From an uncultured Candidatus Saccharibacteria bacterium (GTDB lineage Bacteria > Patescibacteriota > Minisyncoccia > Phycocordibacterales > DSPV01): a stretch of 64,000 nt of DNA. Each line of letters begins with the position of its first letter. Within the stretch, counting starts at the first letter, position 1. Both the position numbers and the translations under genes were made by a program. The stretch lies in the NCBI GenBank assembly GCA_964617735.1, contig CAZTXT010000001.1, forward strand, positions 331,589 through 395,588, read 5' to 3'. The notes below the pieces were generated by a model. It was given only the letters and a program-made list of their open reading frames with translations. It did not search any database and was not told the DNA's origin. Shown here in pieces: positions 56,092 through 64,000 of this stretch.

Positions 56092-56673
56092 TTAGGGATT
56101 AGCGGAACCAGGTGTCCACGAGATCCTCGAGACCGGCAGGAGCCGTATGACGGGGCGACCGACGATATCCCCAGCAGGAAGGGGACCCCAGCGTCGCGAG
56201 TCGGAGCTCGCGGCGCGATTATCTCCAAGCACATAATATTCGTCGTCTTTGAGCGTTACCGTGATGAAATCACTGCGCTCATTTTTCACATACGATTCGA
56301 TGAGTGTGATCTTCTTCCCCTCGGTGGTAGTCACCGTGATCTCTGACCCGTTGAATGAGAGCGTTTCCCCCGGAAGCCCAATGATGCGTTTGATGAAGAA
56401 TTTTGAAGGATCTACCGGATAGCGCAGGATGATCACGTCTCCGCGGGAGGGTTTCTCGAAGCGATAGGAGATCTCATCTACCACCAAATAGTCGCCGTCC
56501 TGAAAGGTGGGGATCATCGAATCGCCGCTGACAATAAATGGCTGGGCTACGAAATAGCGAAACCCGAGGACAAGGGCGAGCGAGATCAAAATAAAACGGA
56601 CCGTGTCGAGAAGACCAGTCTTTTTGGATGAGCTTTCAGCGGAGGCCACTTCGGGCGTCTCGGGGGGATTCAT
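56092..56673 (-). CDS. lepB: Signal peptidase I
   Basis: 'VSGDSMIPTFQDGDYLVVDEI' Ser/Lys dyad region and an N-terminal TM segment. Confidence 0.85.
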   Translation of the reverse strand: MNPPETPEVASAESSSKKTGLLDTVRFILISLALVLGFRYFVAQPFIVSGDSMIPTFQDGDYLVVDEISYRFEKPSRGDVIILRYPVDPSKFFIKRIIGLPGETLSFNGSEITVTTTEGKKITLIESYVKNERSDFITVTLKDDEYYVLGDNRAASSDSRRWGPLPAGDIVGRPVIRLLPVSRISWTPGSANP

Positions 56674-56863
56674 GATGGTCTCTATCTTAGTATATAAGCC
56701 TATTTGACACCATAGGAGTGCTTGTGTTCCTTATCTGTATGGATGAGTTTGAACATAGAGGCGACGTATTTGTCCAATGCCGCATGCGCTGATGCTAGCC
56801 GTACGCTTCGGTCGTAATCTTGATTCAAAGAACGCTCCACTATACGCTATAGGTAATATGCGA

Positions 56864-57454
56864 TATGTAATTCTTGGTTTAGGAAATCCTGGAGAAGAGT
56901 ATGAGGGGACGCGGCACAATACGGGACGCATGATCGTCTCCGCTTTCTCGCGTAAGCAAGAGTTGCCGGATTTTGAATTTGACCAGAAGATCAATGCAGA
57001 GGTCGCAGAGGGAAAGATCGGAGGCGAGAAGGTCACAGTGGTCCTACCCGATACCTTTATGAATAAATCCGGCGCCGCCGCGGCCAAGTTTGTACCATCG
57101 AAAAAGGCGGCGGAGACTCTCGTGGTCGTCCATGATGATCTGGATCTTCCGCTGGGGCGTTTCAAAATATCGTTCAATCGTGGCTCCGGTGGGCACCGCG
57201 GCGTTGAGTCCATCATTCGCGCGTTGAAAACCGAAGGTTTTGTTCGCATTCGTGTTGGTATTTCGAAAGACGCCGGAAAGGGGAAGGTCAAGAAACCGCA
57301 GGGTGAAAAAGCGGTGGGAGATTTCATTCTGGGTACATTTACCCCGGATCAACAGAAAGAATTCAAGAAAGTCTCTAAAAAGATCGGTGAGGCACTGGAG
57401 ATGCTTGTGTCCGAAGGCCGCGAAAAGGCGATGGGAGAGTTTAACGGCCTCTAG
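56864..57454 (+). CDS. pth: Peptidyl-tRNA hydrolase
   Basis: 'MRYVILGLGNPGEEYEGTRHNTGR' Pth signature. Start taken at the internal Met. Confidence 0.9.
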   Translation, partial: YVILGLGNPGEEYEGTRHNTGRMIVSAFSRKQELPDFEFDQKINAEVAEGKIGGEKVTVVLPDTFMNKSGAAAAKFVPSKKAAETLVVVHDDLDLPLGRFKISFNRGSGGHRGVESIIRALKTEGFVRIRVGISKDAGKGKVKKPQGEKAVGDFILGTFTPDQQKEFKKVSKKIGEALEMLVSEGREKAMGEFNGL

Positions 57455-57470
57455 AGAAAGAAAAAAGAAA

Positions 57471-57495
57471 AGCCGAGCGCTCGCTCGGCTTTTTC
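57471..57495 (+). terminator. Rho-independent terminator after pth
   Basis: 'agccgagcgctcgctcggct' followed by ttttcg. Confidence 0.6.
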
Positions 57496-57936
57496 GCTCT
57501 CGCTAACCGCACTCACTTCTTTTTCCCCTAGGTGATAGGATCGGGGTCGGGATGTTTCTTGTCCCATTTTATGGCGCATACTTGGAGATGCTCGTGACGA
57601 GCTAGTGCCCGTAATAGCTTCTTGTTTTCACGTTCCCTTTCTGCTTCGCGGATTTTTCTGCTTTCTGCTATAGGTCGGTAGTTTTCGGCACGTATAATCT
57701 CCGCGAGCTTTTCGGGGAGCGGCTCTCCAGGGTTTTTTGTAGGTGTTGTTTGATTTGACCGCAGAGGTCCTCAAGGAATTCAACCCTGCATTCATTGTGG
57801 TAAGTGCTGTTAACAAGAGTCCGGTTGCAATATATGCATGTGTAGATCTTTGCCATAGAACGTTTCCTTTCCTTGCCACAGCCTACGTGGTCCGGCTCCT
57901 TTGTCAAACATAAAGTCCGAGGAAAACCCTCGGACT

Positions 57937-58161
57937 TTAGGTTTGAGACGCGCTCTGGACGAGCCAGAACTGGTTTATGTGTTCCCAGGGAATAACTGAC
58001 GATTCGGCCTTCCCGTTGATCCTGATGAGAATACCTTTATCGACTTCACCGATAAAGGTAACGTCCTTGCCGTTGCCAACGGTGGTGGTACGCAGGTGCA
58101 CCAAATCTCCCGCTCGTATACCGGATGCGCGCAACTCATCCACATCGAGTATGTTTTTCAT
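57937..58161 (-). CDS. Hypothetical 74-aa protein
   Basis: Strong Shine-Dalgarno sequence 'aaaggaga' 7 nt before 'ATGaaaaacata'. ORF 'MKNILDVDELRASGIRAGDLVHLRTT...'. Confidence 0.4.
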   Translation of the reverse strand: MKNILDVDELRASGIRAGDLVHLRTTTVGNGKDVTFIGEVDKGILIRINGKAESSVIPWEHINQFWLVQSASQT

Positions 58162-58249
58162 ACGTCTCCTTTCTGCTTTAAGCATAGACAAAGTAGGATG
58201 TGTGTCAACCAAAAGCCGCCTCTTCTGTCTCGGGCGGCTTCGGGTTTTC

Positions 58250-59398
58250 CTATTTGTTGATGTACGAGAGGGTCATCCGCTGTTCTTTGGGTTCGAAGAG
58301 CGTGATTTTGAAATTGTAAGTCTTGCCGAGCTCGAGTTTCTCGCGCAGTTTGTCTTCGCCGCCGAACTCGGAGACGTGCACCAGCCCCGCGACACCCTCT
58401 TCGATCGAAGCGAGCGCGCCGTGCTTGTTGAATTTGATGACGACGCCTTTGACCTCGTCTCCCTTTTTATATTTCTTTTCAGCCGGTCCCCACGGATTTT
58501 CCTTCAGCGCTTTGATCGAAAGCGAGACCTTCCCGTCTTTGATCTCGATGATGCGCACGCGCACCGCGTCGCCCACCTTGAAGCGCGCCCGCGGGTCGTC
58601 CACCAGCGCCCAGTCTATCTCGCTGATATGCACGAGTCCTTCAAGGCCTTCTTCGAGTTTTACGAATACCCCGAAGTCGACGGCGCCGGTGATCGTGCCT
58701 TCGAGTTCGTCACCGACCGCATACTTCTCAATGATCTTCTCTTTTTCTTTTTCCGTCTGATTTTTCTCCGAGAAGATGAGTTTTCCTTCCTGCGGCGAGG
58801 CGGTGATGATGGAGACCGAAAGATGCGTGCCCACGAGCTTCTTCAGTTCATCGAGGATGCGGTCTTTGTTTCCATCAGTGACGCGCGGATAATGTTCGGG
58901 TTTAAGTTGCGAAGCAGGCAAGAATCCCTGCAGTCCCTGCCATTCAAGAATGAGACCGCCCTTGTTCGCCTCCTTGACGATCAGATCCATGACCGTCTTT
59001 TCTTTGATCGCTTGTTCGGCTTCGCCCCAGACGAGCGCCTTGCGCGCTTCTTTGAGTGACAGCTCGATATAGCCGTCGGTATTGTCGAGCCCGACGATCT
59101 TGGCGGCGATGACGTCGCCGGGATTTATCTTTTTGATGAGGTCGCGGGCGTTGATGTACTCGCGGCCGTAAATGATGCCCGTGCCAAACGGCGGCAGGTC
59201 CACGAAAACCGCGGCGCGCGCGATGCCAAGCACTTTTCCTTCAACGACGTCGCCGAGAGAGGGCGGGGTCGAAACCGTATGAATCATTCGCCCCATCAGT
59301 GTCTCCTTTTGGCGGCGAGCTTCGAGTTCTTCTAAGGTTGGTTCTTCTGCGTTCCGTTCCGTTTCTGCGGAAGTCAGCGTTTTCTGATTGCTATGCAT
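58250..59398 (-). CDS. rpsA: 30S ribosomal protein S1 (four S1 domains)
   Basis: Repeated S1 OB-fold motifs ('GDVVEGKVLGIARAAVFVDL', 'GDELEGTITGAVDFGVFVKL', 'GDEVKGVVIKFNKHGALASI'). Confidence 0.85.
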   Translation of the reverse strand: MHSNQKTLTSAETERNAEEPTLEELEARRQKETLMGRMIHTVSTPPSLGDVVEGKVLGIARAAVFVDLPPFGTGIIYGREYINARDLIKKINPGDVIAAKIVGLDNTDGYIELSLKEARKALVWGEAEQAIKEKTVMDLIVKEANKGGLILEWQGLQGFLPASQLKPEHYPRVTDGNKDRILDELKKLVGTHLSVSIITASPQEGKLIFSEKNQTEKEKEKIIEKYAVGDELEGTITGAVDFGVFVKLEEGLEGLVHISEIDWALVDDPRARFKVGDAVRVRIIEIKDGKVSLSIKALKENPWGPAEKKYKKGDEVKGVVIKFNKHGALASIEEGVAGLVHVSEFGGEDKLREKLELGKTYNFKITLFEPKEQRMTLSYINK

Positions 59399-59609
59399 TA
59401 TAAAAACTTCAGAAAAGGGGCTCTGGCCTAAGACTGCGAGAGGTTACTCCTTCTCTATATGTTGTTAATCGCCTTGGGTATTGACCGAGAGAAATCCTCG
59501 GCAGGCGCAGAAGGGTAAGTATACTCATTTTCTTTTGGATGGCAAGGTGGCTTTTTCTTCGCGTTTGCGCTACAGTCCTCGCAGAAATCTCTAAAGAGAA
59601 AGGATTGTT

Positions 59610-59873
59610 ATGGTTGAGGATTCTTATGATTCTCAAGATCACCGGTATATACTCAAATTGACACCAGGCGCGCAGGAGCAGATGCAATTGCTTCAGCAGA
59701 AGACCGAGCAGAGAAATTTGTCGCTTTTGATTCAAAGCGCGCTGTCCCTTTACGATCAGCTTGCCGATATCGTTCTTGAAGGAGGTAGATTATATGTCGA
59801 GAATTCGGATGGTGTTCGGCGGGAAGTTATCATTCGCGGACTCTCCGGATCCGATACTGAAAGGTCCGGCTGA
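59610..59873 (+). CDS. Hypothetical 87-aa protein
   Basis: ORF only. No motif recognised. Confidence 0.3.
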   Translation: MVEDSYDSQDHRYILKLTPGAQEQMQLLQQKTEQRNLSLLIQSALSLYDQLADIVLEGGRLYVENSDGVRREVIIRGLSGSDTERSG

Positions 59874-59961
59874 AAGACCGGGAGTGCGCCCGCGGCGACA
59901 ATACTGTCGCCGCGGGCTTCTTCGCTTGCCTCTGCACGCTTTAGGCTATAGGCTATAGCGT

Positions 59962-60603
59962 ATGATCATCACCTTTGAAGGCGCGGAGTTTTTCAAAGTG
60001 CAGTACGGCGACGTGACGCTCGCGTTCAATCCTATTTCTAAACGCTCGAAACTCAAGGGTTCTCGGTTTGGCGCTGACCTTGCGCTGATCAGTGCCAATA
60101 ACCCGGATCTCAACGGCGCGGAGTCGGTGTCGCTCGGTGATAAAAAGCCCTTCGTCATCTCCGGTCCCGGAGAATATGAGTATAAGGGTGTGCTGGTCCG
60201 CGGATTTACTTCTGAAACGCAGTACGGTGGCGAGAAAAGCATCAACACGATTTATGTGGTGTCGCTTGAGAATATCAATCTCTGTTTCTTGGGTGCGCTT
60301 TCAAAAAAAGATTTGCCTGCCGAGACGTCCGAGGGCATCGACGAGGTGGATATTTTGTTCGTGCCGATCGGCGGGAGCGGAGTGCTTGCCCCGACCGAGG
60401 CATATGAGCTTGCCGTCTCCCTTGAACCGAAGCTCATCATCCCGATGCACTTCGGTGCCGTGGGGGCAAAGAATGCTCTGGAGGTCTTTCTGAAAGAAGG
60501 TGGCATCAAGAACGGCTCTGACAAGACCGACAAGCTGACGATAAAGAAAAAGGACTTGGAGGGAAGGGAGGGGGATATTGTCGTACTATTTCCCGTGAGT
60601 TAA
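59962..60603 (+). CDS. MBL-fold metal-dependent hydrolase (UPF0173-like)
   Basis: 'VDILFVPIGGSGVLAPTEAYELAVSLEPKLIIPMHF' resembles the C-terminal region of UPF0173/UlaG-like MBL-fold hydrolases (His of the second metal site). Confidence 0.55.
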   Translation: MIITFEGAEFFKVQYGDVTLAFNPISKRSKLKGSRFGADLALISANNPDLNGAESVSLGDKKPFVISGPGEYEYKGVLVRGFTSETQYGGEKSINTIYVVSLENINLCFLGALSKKDLPAETSEGIDEVDILFVPIGGSGVLAPTEAYELAVSLEPKLIIPMHFGAVGAKNALEVFLKEGGIKNGSDKTDKLTIKKKDLEGREGDIVVLFPVS

Positions 60604-60612
60604 TTCGCCGCT

Positions 60613-60945
60613 ATGTTTAAGTTTATCGAACGATTGAGGCAGGAATCCGAACCGCACCGGCGACGGACGGCGCTTATAAGCGCGCTTTCGATAACCGGAG
60701 TTATCTTTATCGCATGGCTTATGCTCGTGACGAGCGGTTCGATCGAGACTTACCACCGAACCGCCGATGTCATCTCTACGAGCACCTCTCCGGTAGCGGC
60801 CGCGCGCGCGGCGCTCCTTGATACGGTAGGTGCCTTCAAGGATTTCGTCGGTATGTTCAAAGAAGCGAAAGTCATATTCGATGCCGCAAGCTCTTCGAGT
60901 CCTGTGATCGCGTCGTCTACCATACCCGCTTCGCTTCCCCGATAG
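60613..60945 (+). CDS. Hypothetical membrane-anchored protein (110 aa)
   Basis: One TM segment followed by an Ala/Ser-rich tail. Confidence 0.35.
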   Translation: MFKFIERLRQESEPHRRRTALISALSITGVIFIAWLMLVTSGSIETYHRTADVISTSTSPVAAARAALLDTVGAFKDFVGMFKEAKVIFDAASSSSPVIASSTIPASLPR

Positions 60946-61032
60946 TGACCATTTCTCGGGAGATTAAGAGAGTGCTTTGTACAGCCGCAACGGCTTTATT
61001 TTAGGGTTGTTTTTTGATACAATAGAGGCACT

Positions 61033-63486
61033 ATGGCAGAAAAGAAGGAGCCATCCAAAGAGGCCCCCAAGCTATCGGTTTTGCCCCGCAGTATCACCGC
61101 CGAGATGCGCGAGTCGTATCTCGACTACGCGATGTCAGTCATTACCGCGCGCGCGCTGCCTGACGTCCGTGATGGCCTCAAACCGGTCCATCGCCGCATA
61201 CTGTATGCGATGCAGGAAGCGGGGCTCACCGCCTCGGCGCGTTTTCGCAAATCGGCGACTGTGGTCGGCGATGTGCTCGGCAAATATCATCCTCACGGCG
61301 ACATGGCCGTGTATGACGCGATGGTCAAAATGGCCCAGGATTTTTCGTTCCGCTACCCACTGATCGTTGGCCAGGGAAATTTCGGTTCGGTTGACGGGGA
61401 TTCTCCGGCAGCCATGCGTTACACCGAGGCCAAGATGTCGCGACTTGCGGGCGAACTCCTCAAAGATCTCGATAAAGAAACCGTTGAGTGGAGACCCAAT
61501 TACGACGGACGGCTGAAAGAGCCCTCCGTGCTTCCCTCGGCAGTTCCGAATCTGCTTCTCAATGGCACGCTCGGTATCGCGGTTGGCATGGCAACCAACA
61601 TTCCCCCGCACAACCTTCGCGAGGTCGCGCAGGCGCTCACGCATCTCGTCGACCACAAAGACGCCACCACAGAGGACCTCTTAGAATTCGTCAAAGGACC
61701 CGATTTTCCGACCGGCGGCATCGCGTACGGGCAGAAAGATATCAGCCATGCCTATGCTAACGGCAAAGGAGGTGTCGTTGTGCGTGGCGAGGCCGAGATC
61801 ACCGAGGCGAAAAGCGGTGCGTTTCAGATCGTTATCTCATCGCTGCCGTATCGGGTGAACAAAGCCGATCTCATTGTTTCTATTGCTGATCTGGTCCGCG
61901 AGAAGAAGCTCGAGGGCATCAAGGCCCTGCGGGATGAATCCACCAAAGAGATACGTATTGTCATAGACCTCAAGTCGGGCAGCCACCCGCAAACGGTGCT
62001 CAATTACCTCTACAAACACACCCAGCTTGAGGAAGCGTTCCACTACAACTGCGTCGCGCTCGTGGACGGCGTTCCCCAGACGCTCTCTCTCAAATCCCTG
62101 CTTGAGAATTTCCTCAAACATCGGCGTGAAGTCATCCGTCGCCGGACCGAATTCGAACTCAAAACCGCACAGGCGCGCGAGCATATCCTCTTAGGCCTCA
62201 CCAAAGCGCTCGATCACATCGACCGTATCATCAAGCTCATCAAAGCGGCCAAGGATGTTGATTCCGCCCGCGCGGCGCTCATGAAAGAATTCAAATTCAG
62301 CGATCTACAGGCCAACGCGATCTTGGATATGAAGCTTCAGAGGCTTGCAGGCCTCGAGCGCAAGAAGATCGAGGATGAGCTCAAAGCGGTGCAGGTTCTC
62401 ATCAAGGACTTGAAAGACATTTTGGCCAATCCCAAACGCATCCCGGCTATCATCAAGACGGAACTCTCTGAACTTTCGGAGAAGTACGGCAATGATCGGC
62501 TCACCAAGATCGTCAAACACGAGGCCAAAGCGTTTTCCATCGAAGACACGATCGCAGACACCGACTCGGTACTGGTTTTGACCTCCGGTGGGTATGTCAA
62601 ACGGACCGACCCCGAAGAATACCGCAAGCAGCGCCGCGGCGGGGTGGGCGTCGTTGACCTCGATACTAAAGAAGAGGATTTCGTCTCCATCTTTTTGACC
62701 GCTTCGACACACTCCGATCTCCTCTTTTTCTCGGATAAGGGAAAGGCGTATCAGATAAAGATGTACGAGATCCCCGAAGGCAGGCGCGCGACTAAAGGCA
62801 AGTCCATTATGAATTATCTCGCGCTCTCGCAAGGCGAGCAGATCACGTCGATATTGCCCATGCCCAAGGTGGCAAAGCAGTCCAACCTTTCTTTGATGAT
62901 GGTCACTACGCATGGTGTCGCTAAAAAGGTAGATGCGAAAAGTTTCCATGATGTTCGGCGCTCGGGGCTCATCGCCATCAAACTCGATTCGGGGGATGCG
63001 CTCCAAGTGGTCGCGTTCGTCGATAAAGGCGATAGCATCGCGGTCGCGACGGCGCACGGACAATCCATACGATTCAAGGAATCCGACGTCCGGGCGATGG
63101 GGAGAGCCGCGGGTGGCGTCCGGGCGATTAAATTGAAGAAGGGGGACAAGGTGGTGGGCGCCGATATCGTCAGGAAAGACGAGAAAGATCCGCTCTTTTT
63201 GGTCGTCTCATCCAACGGCTATGGCAAAGTCACCCCCCTCAAAGAGTATAAGATCCAGCGCCGTGGCGGCTCGGGTATCAAGACTGCGAAGGTTACGGCG
63301 AAGACTGGCCCGCTGATCGCCTCAAAAGTGCTCTCCGACGAGATGGAGATCGTCGCGATATCGAAAAAGAGCCAGGTTATTCGCGTGGATGCCAAAGAGA
63401 TTCCGGAGCTCGGGCGTCAGACGCAGGGCGTTCGCATCATGCGCCTGCGTGAGGGGGATAGCCTCGCGTCGGTTACCTGTTTGTAA
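61033..63486 (+). CDS. gyrA: DNA gyrase subunit A
   Basis: '[15 protein letters not shown]' and the active-site Tyr region, 'GKYHPHGD', C-terminal beta-pinwheel repeats. Confidence 0.95.
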   Translation: MAEKKEPSKEAPKLSVLPRSITAEMRESYLDYAMSVITARALPDVRDGLKPVHRRILYAMQEAGLTASARFRKSATVVGDVLGKYHPHGDMAVYDAMVKMAQDFSFRYPLIVGQGNFGSVDGDSPAAMRYTEAKMSRLAGELLKDLDKETVEWRPNYDGRLKEPSVLPSAVPNLLLNGTLGIAVGMATNIPPHNLREVAQALTHLVDHKDATTEDLLEFVKGPDFPTGGIAYGQKDISHAYANGKGGVVVRGEAEITEAKSGAFQIVISSLPYRVNKADLIVSIADLVREKKLEGIKALRDESTKEIRIVIDLKSGSHPQTVLNYLYKHTQLEEAFHYNCVALVDGVPQTLSLKSLLENFLKHRREVIRRRTEFELKTAQAREHILLGLTKALDHIDRIIKLIKAAKDVDSARAALMKEFKFSDLQANAILDMKLQRLAGLERKKIEDELKAVQVLIKDLKDILANPKRIPAIIKTELSELSEKYGNDRLTKIVKHEAKAFSIEDTIADTDSVLVLTSGGYVKRTDPEEYRKQRRGGVGVVDLDTKEEDFVSIFLTASTHSDLLFFSDKGKAYQIKMYEIPEGRRATKGKSIMNYLALSQGEQITSILPMPKVAKQSNLSLMMVTTHGVAKKVDAKSFHDVRRSGLIAIKLDSGDALQVVAFVDKGDSIAVATAHGQSIRFKESDVRAMGRAAGGVRAIKLKKGDKVVGADIVRKDEKDPLFLVVSSNGYGKVTPLKEYKIQRRGGSGIKTAKVTAKTGPLIASKVLSDEMEIVAISKKSQVIRVDAKEIPELGRQTQGVRIMRLREGDSLASVTCL

Positions 63487-63559
63487 TAAGGCCTAAGCTT
63501 CGGTGCCAACAGACTTCCGTTATACACACCAGCTCTCCTTCGTACACGATATAATAGAT

Positions 63560-64000
63560 ATGCCAGCCGCGGTTGGCATAGCGATGTTCGCTCGTCCAGG
63601 CTCCAACTTAGTGCAGTTCGACATCTATCCGGGGGCGCACGTTGCCGATCTGGGTGCCGGATCAGGTTTTTATGCTCTTGCCGCTGGACGTATGGCAGGT
63701 CCTCGGGGCAAGGTCTTTGCGATAGATGTCCAGCAGGAGCTCTTGGATCGCATCAAGAAAGAAGCGGATCACGAAGGCTTGCGCAACATAGAAGTCATTT
63801 GGGGAGATATCGAGCAGCCGGGAGGCACCCGTTTGCGCGATGGTTCGGTGGATCGGGTCATTCTCTCCGACGTACTCTCGCAGGCGGATGATAGGGGAGG
63901 AGCGCTCTCGGAGAGCTTCAGGATCTTAAAGTCCGGCGGAAGGCTTCTGATCGTTGACTGGTCCGATACATCCGATCTTTCCGGTCCTGACGCAGCCCAT
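63560..64000 (+). CDS. Class I SAM-dependent methyltransferase (3' partial)
   Basis: 'VADLGAGSGFYALAA' motif I and 'LLIVDW' motif. The ORF runs off the window end. TATAAT at 63549-63554. Confidence 0.55.
   Translation, partial: MPAAVGIAMFARPGSNLVQFDIYPGAHVADLGAGSGFYALAAGRMAGPRGKVFAIDVQQELLDRIKKEADHEGLRNIEVIWGDIEQPGGTRLRDGSVDRVILSDVLSQADDRGGALSESFRILKSGGRLLIVDWSDTSDLSGPDAAH

Noticed and set aside
57977-59059. 360-aa plus-strand ORF
   Set aside because: It is antisense to rpsA, whose S1-domain motifs are unambiguous. The translation is low complexity (R/F/D-rich).

Overview
The window reads as a compact, moderately GC-rich bacterial chromosome segment with gene content typical of a reduced-genome CPR/Patescibacteria-like organism. 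That assignment is inferred from gene repertoire alone.

The core backbone includes rnj, secG, groES-groEL, LemA-htpX, msrB, nrdAB, an RNase P RNA, murJ, lepA, valS, tsaD, trxB, ftsZ-ftsA, ybeY, rpsU, lepB, pth, rpsA and gyrA, together with seven tRNA genes.

Three tRNA-associated accessory islets interrupt this backbone.

(1) A 4.5-kb islet sits downstream of tRNA-Ser(GGA). It is bounded by nested direct repeats that include two extra copies of the tRNA 3' end. It carries a UvrD-like helicase translationally coupled to an AT-rich 390-aa orphan protein. This gene pair is the best candidate in the window for an undescribed two-gene defence/anti-MGE module.

(2) A roughly 3.2-kb element sits at tRNA-Phe(GAA). 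It contains a large serine recombinase flanked by 80-bp inverted repeats that incorporate the tRNA CCA end. A second inverted-repeat pair encloses a 237-aa orphan cargo gene. A tRNA-Phe 3' fragment and a 21-bp direct repeat mark the far end.

(3) A roughly 5-kb lower-GC element sits at tRNA-Glu(UUC). It carries a second large serine recombinase, a PD-(D/E)xK nuclease-like gene, an HTH-fused N6-adenine methyltransferase (a likely Type II R-M pair) and a terminase-small-subunit-like HTH protein.

Other structure seen directly in the sequence is listed below.
- A roughly 125-nt terminator-containing inverted-repeat element occurs in two copies (after nrdA and after ftsZ) with compensatory stem changes.
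- The RNase P RNA carries a 59-nt P3-like hairpin module present twice, flanking the P4 5' strand.
- A duplicated tRNA-Val 3' end lies about 130 bp from the tRNA.
- Several proteins carry unusual low-complexity extensions: RNase J at the N-terminus and NrdA at the C-terminus.

All functional calls rest on motif recognition by eye. No database searches were run.
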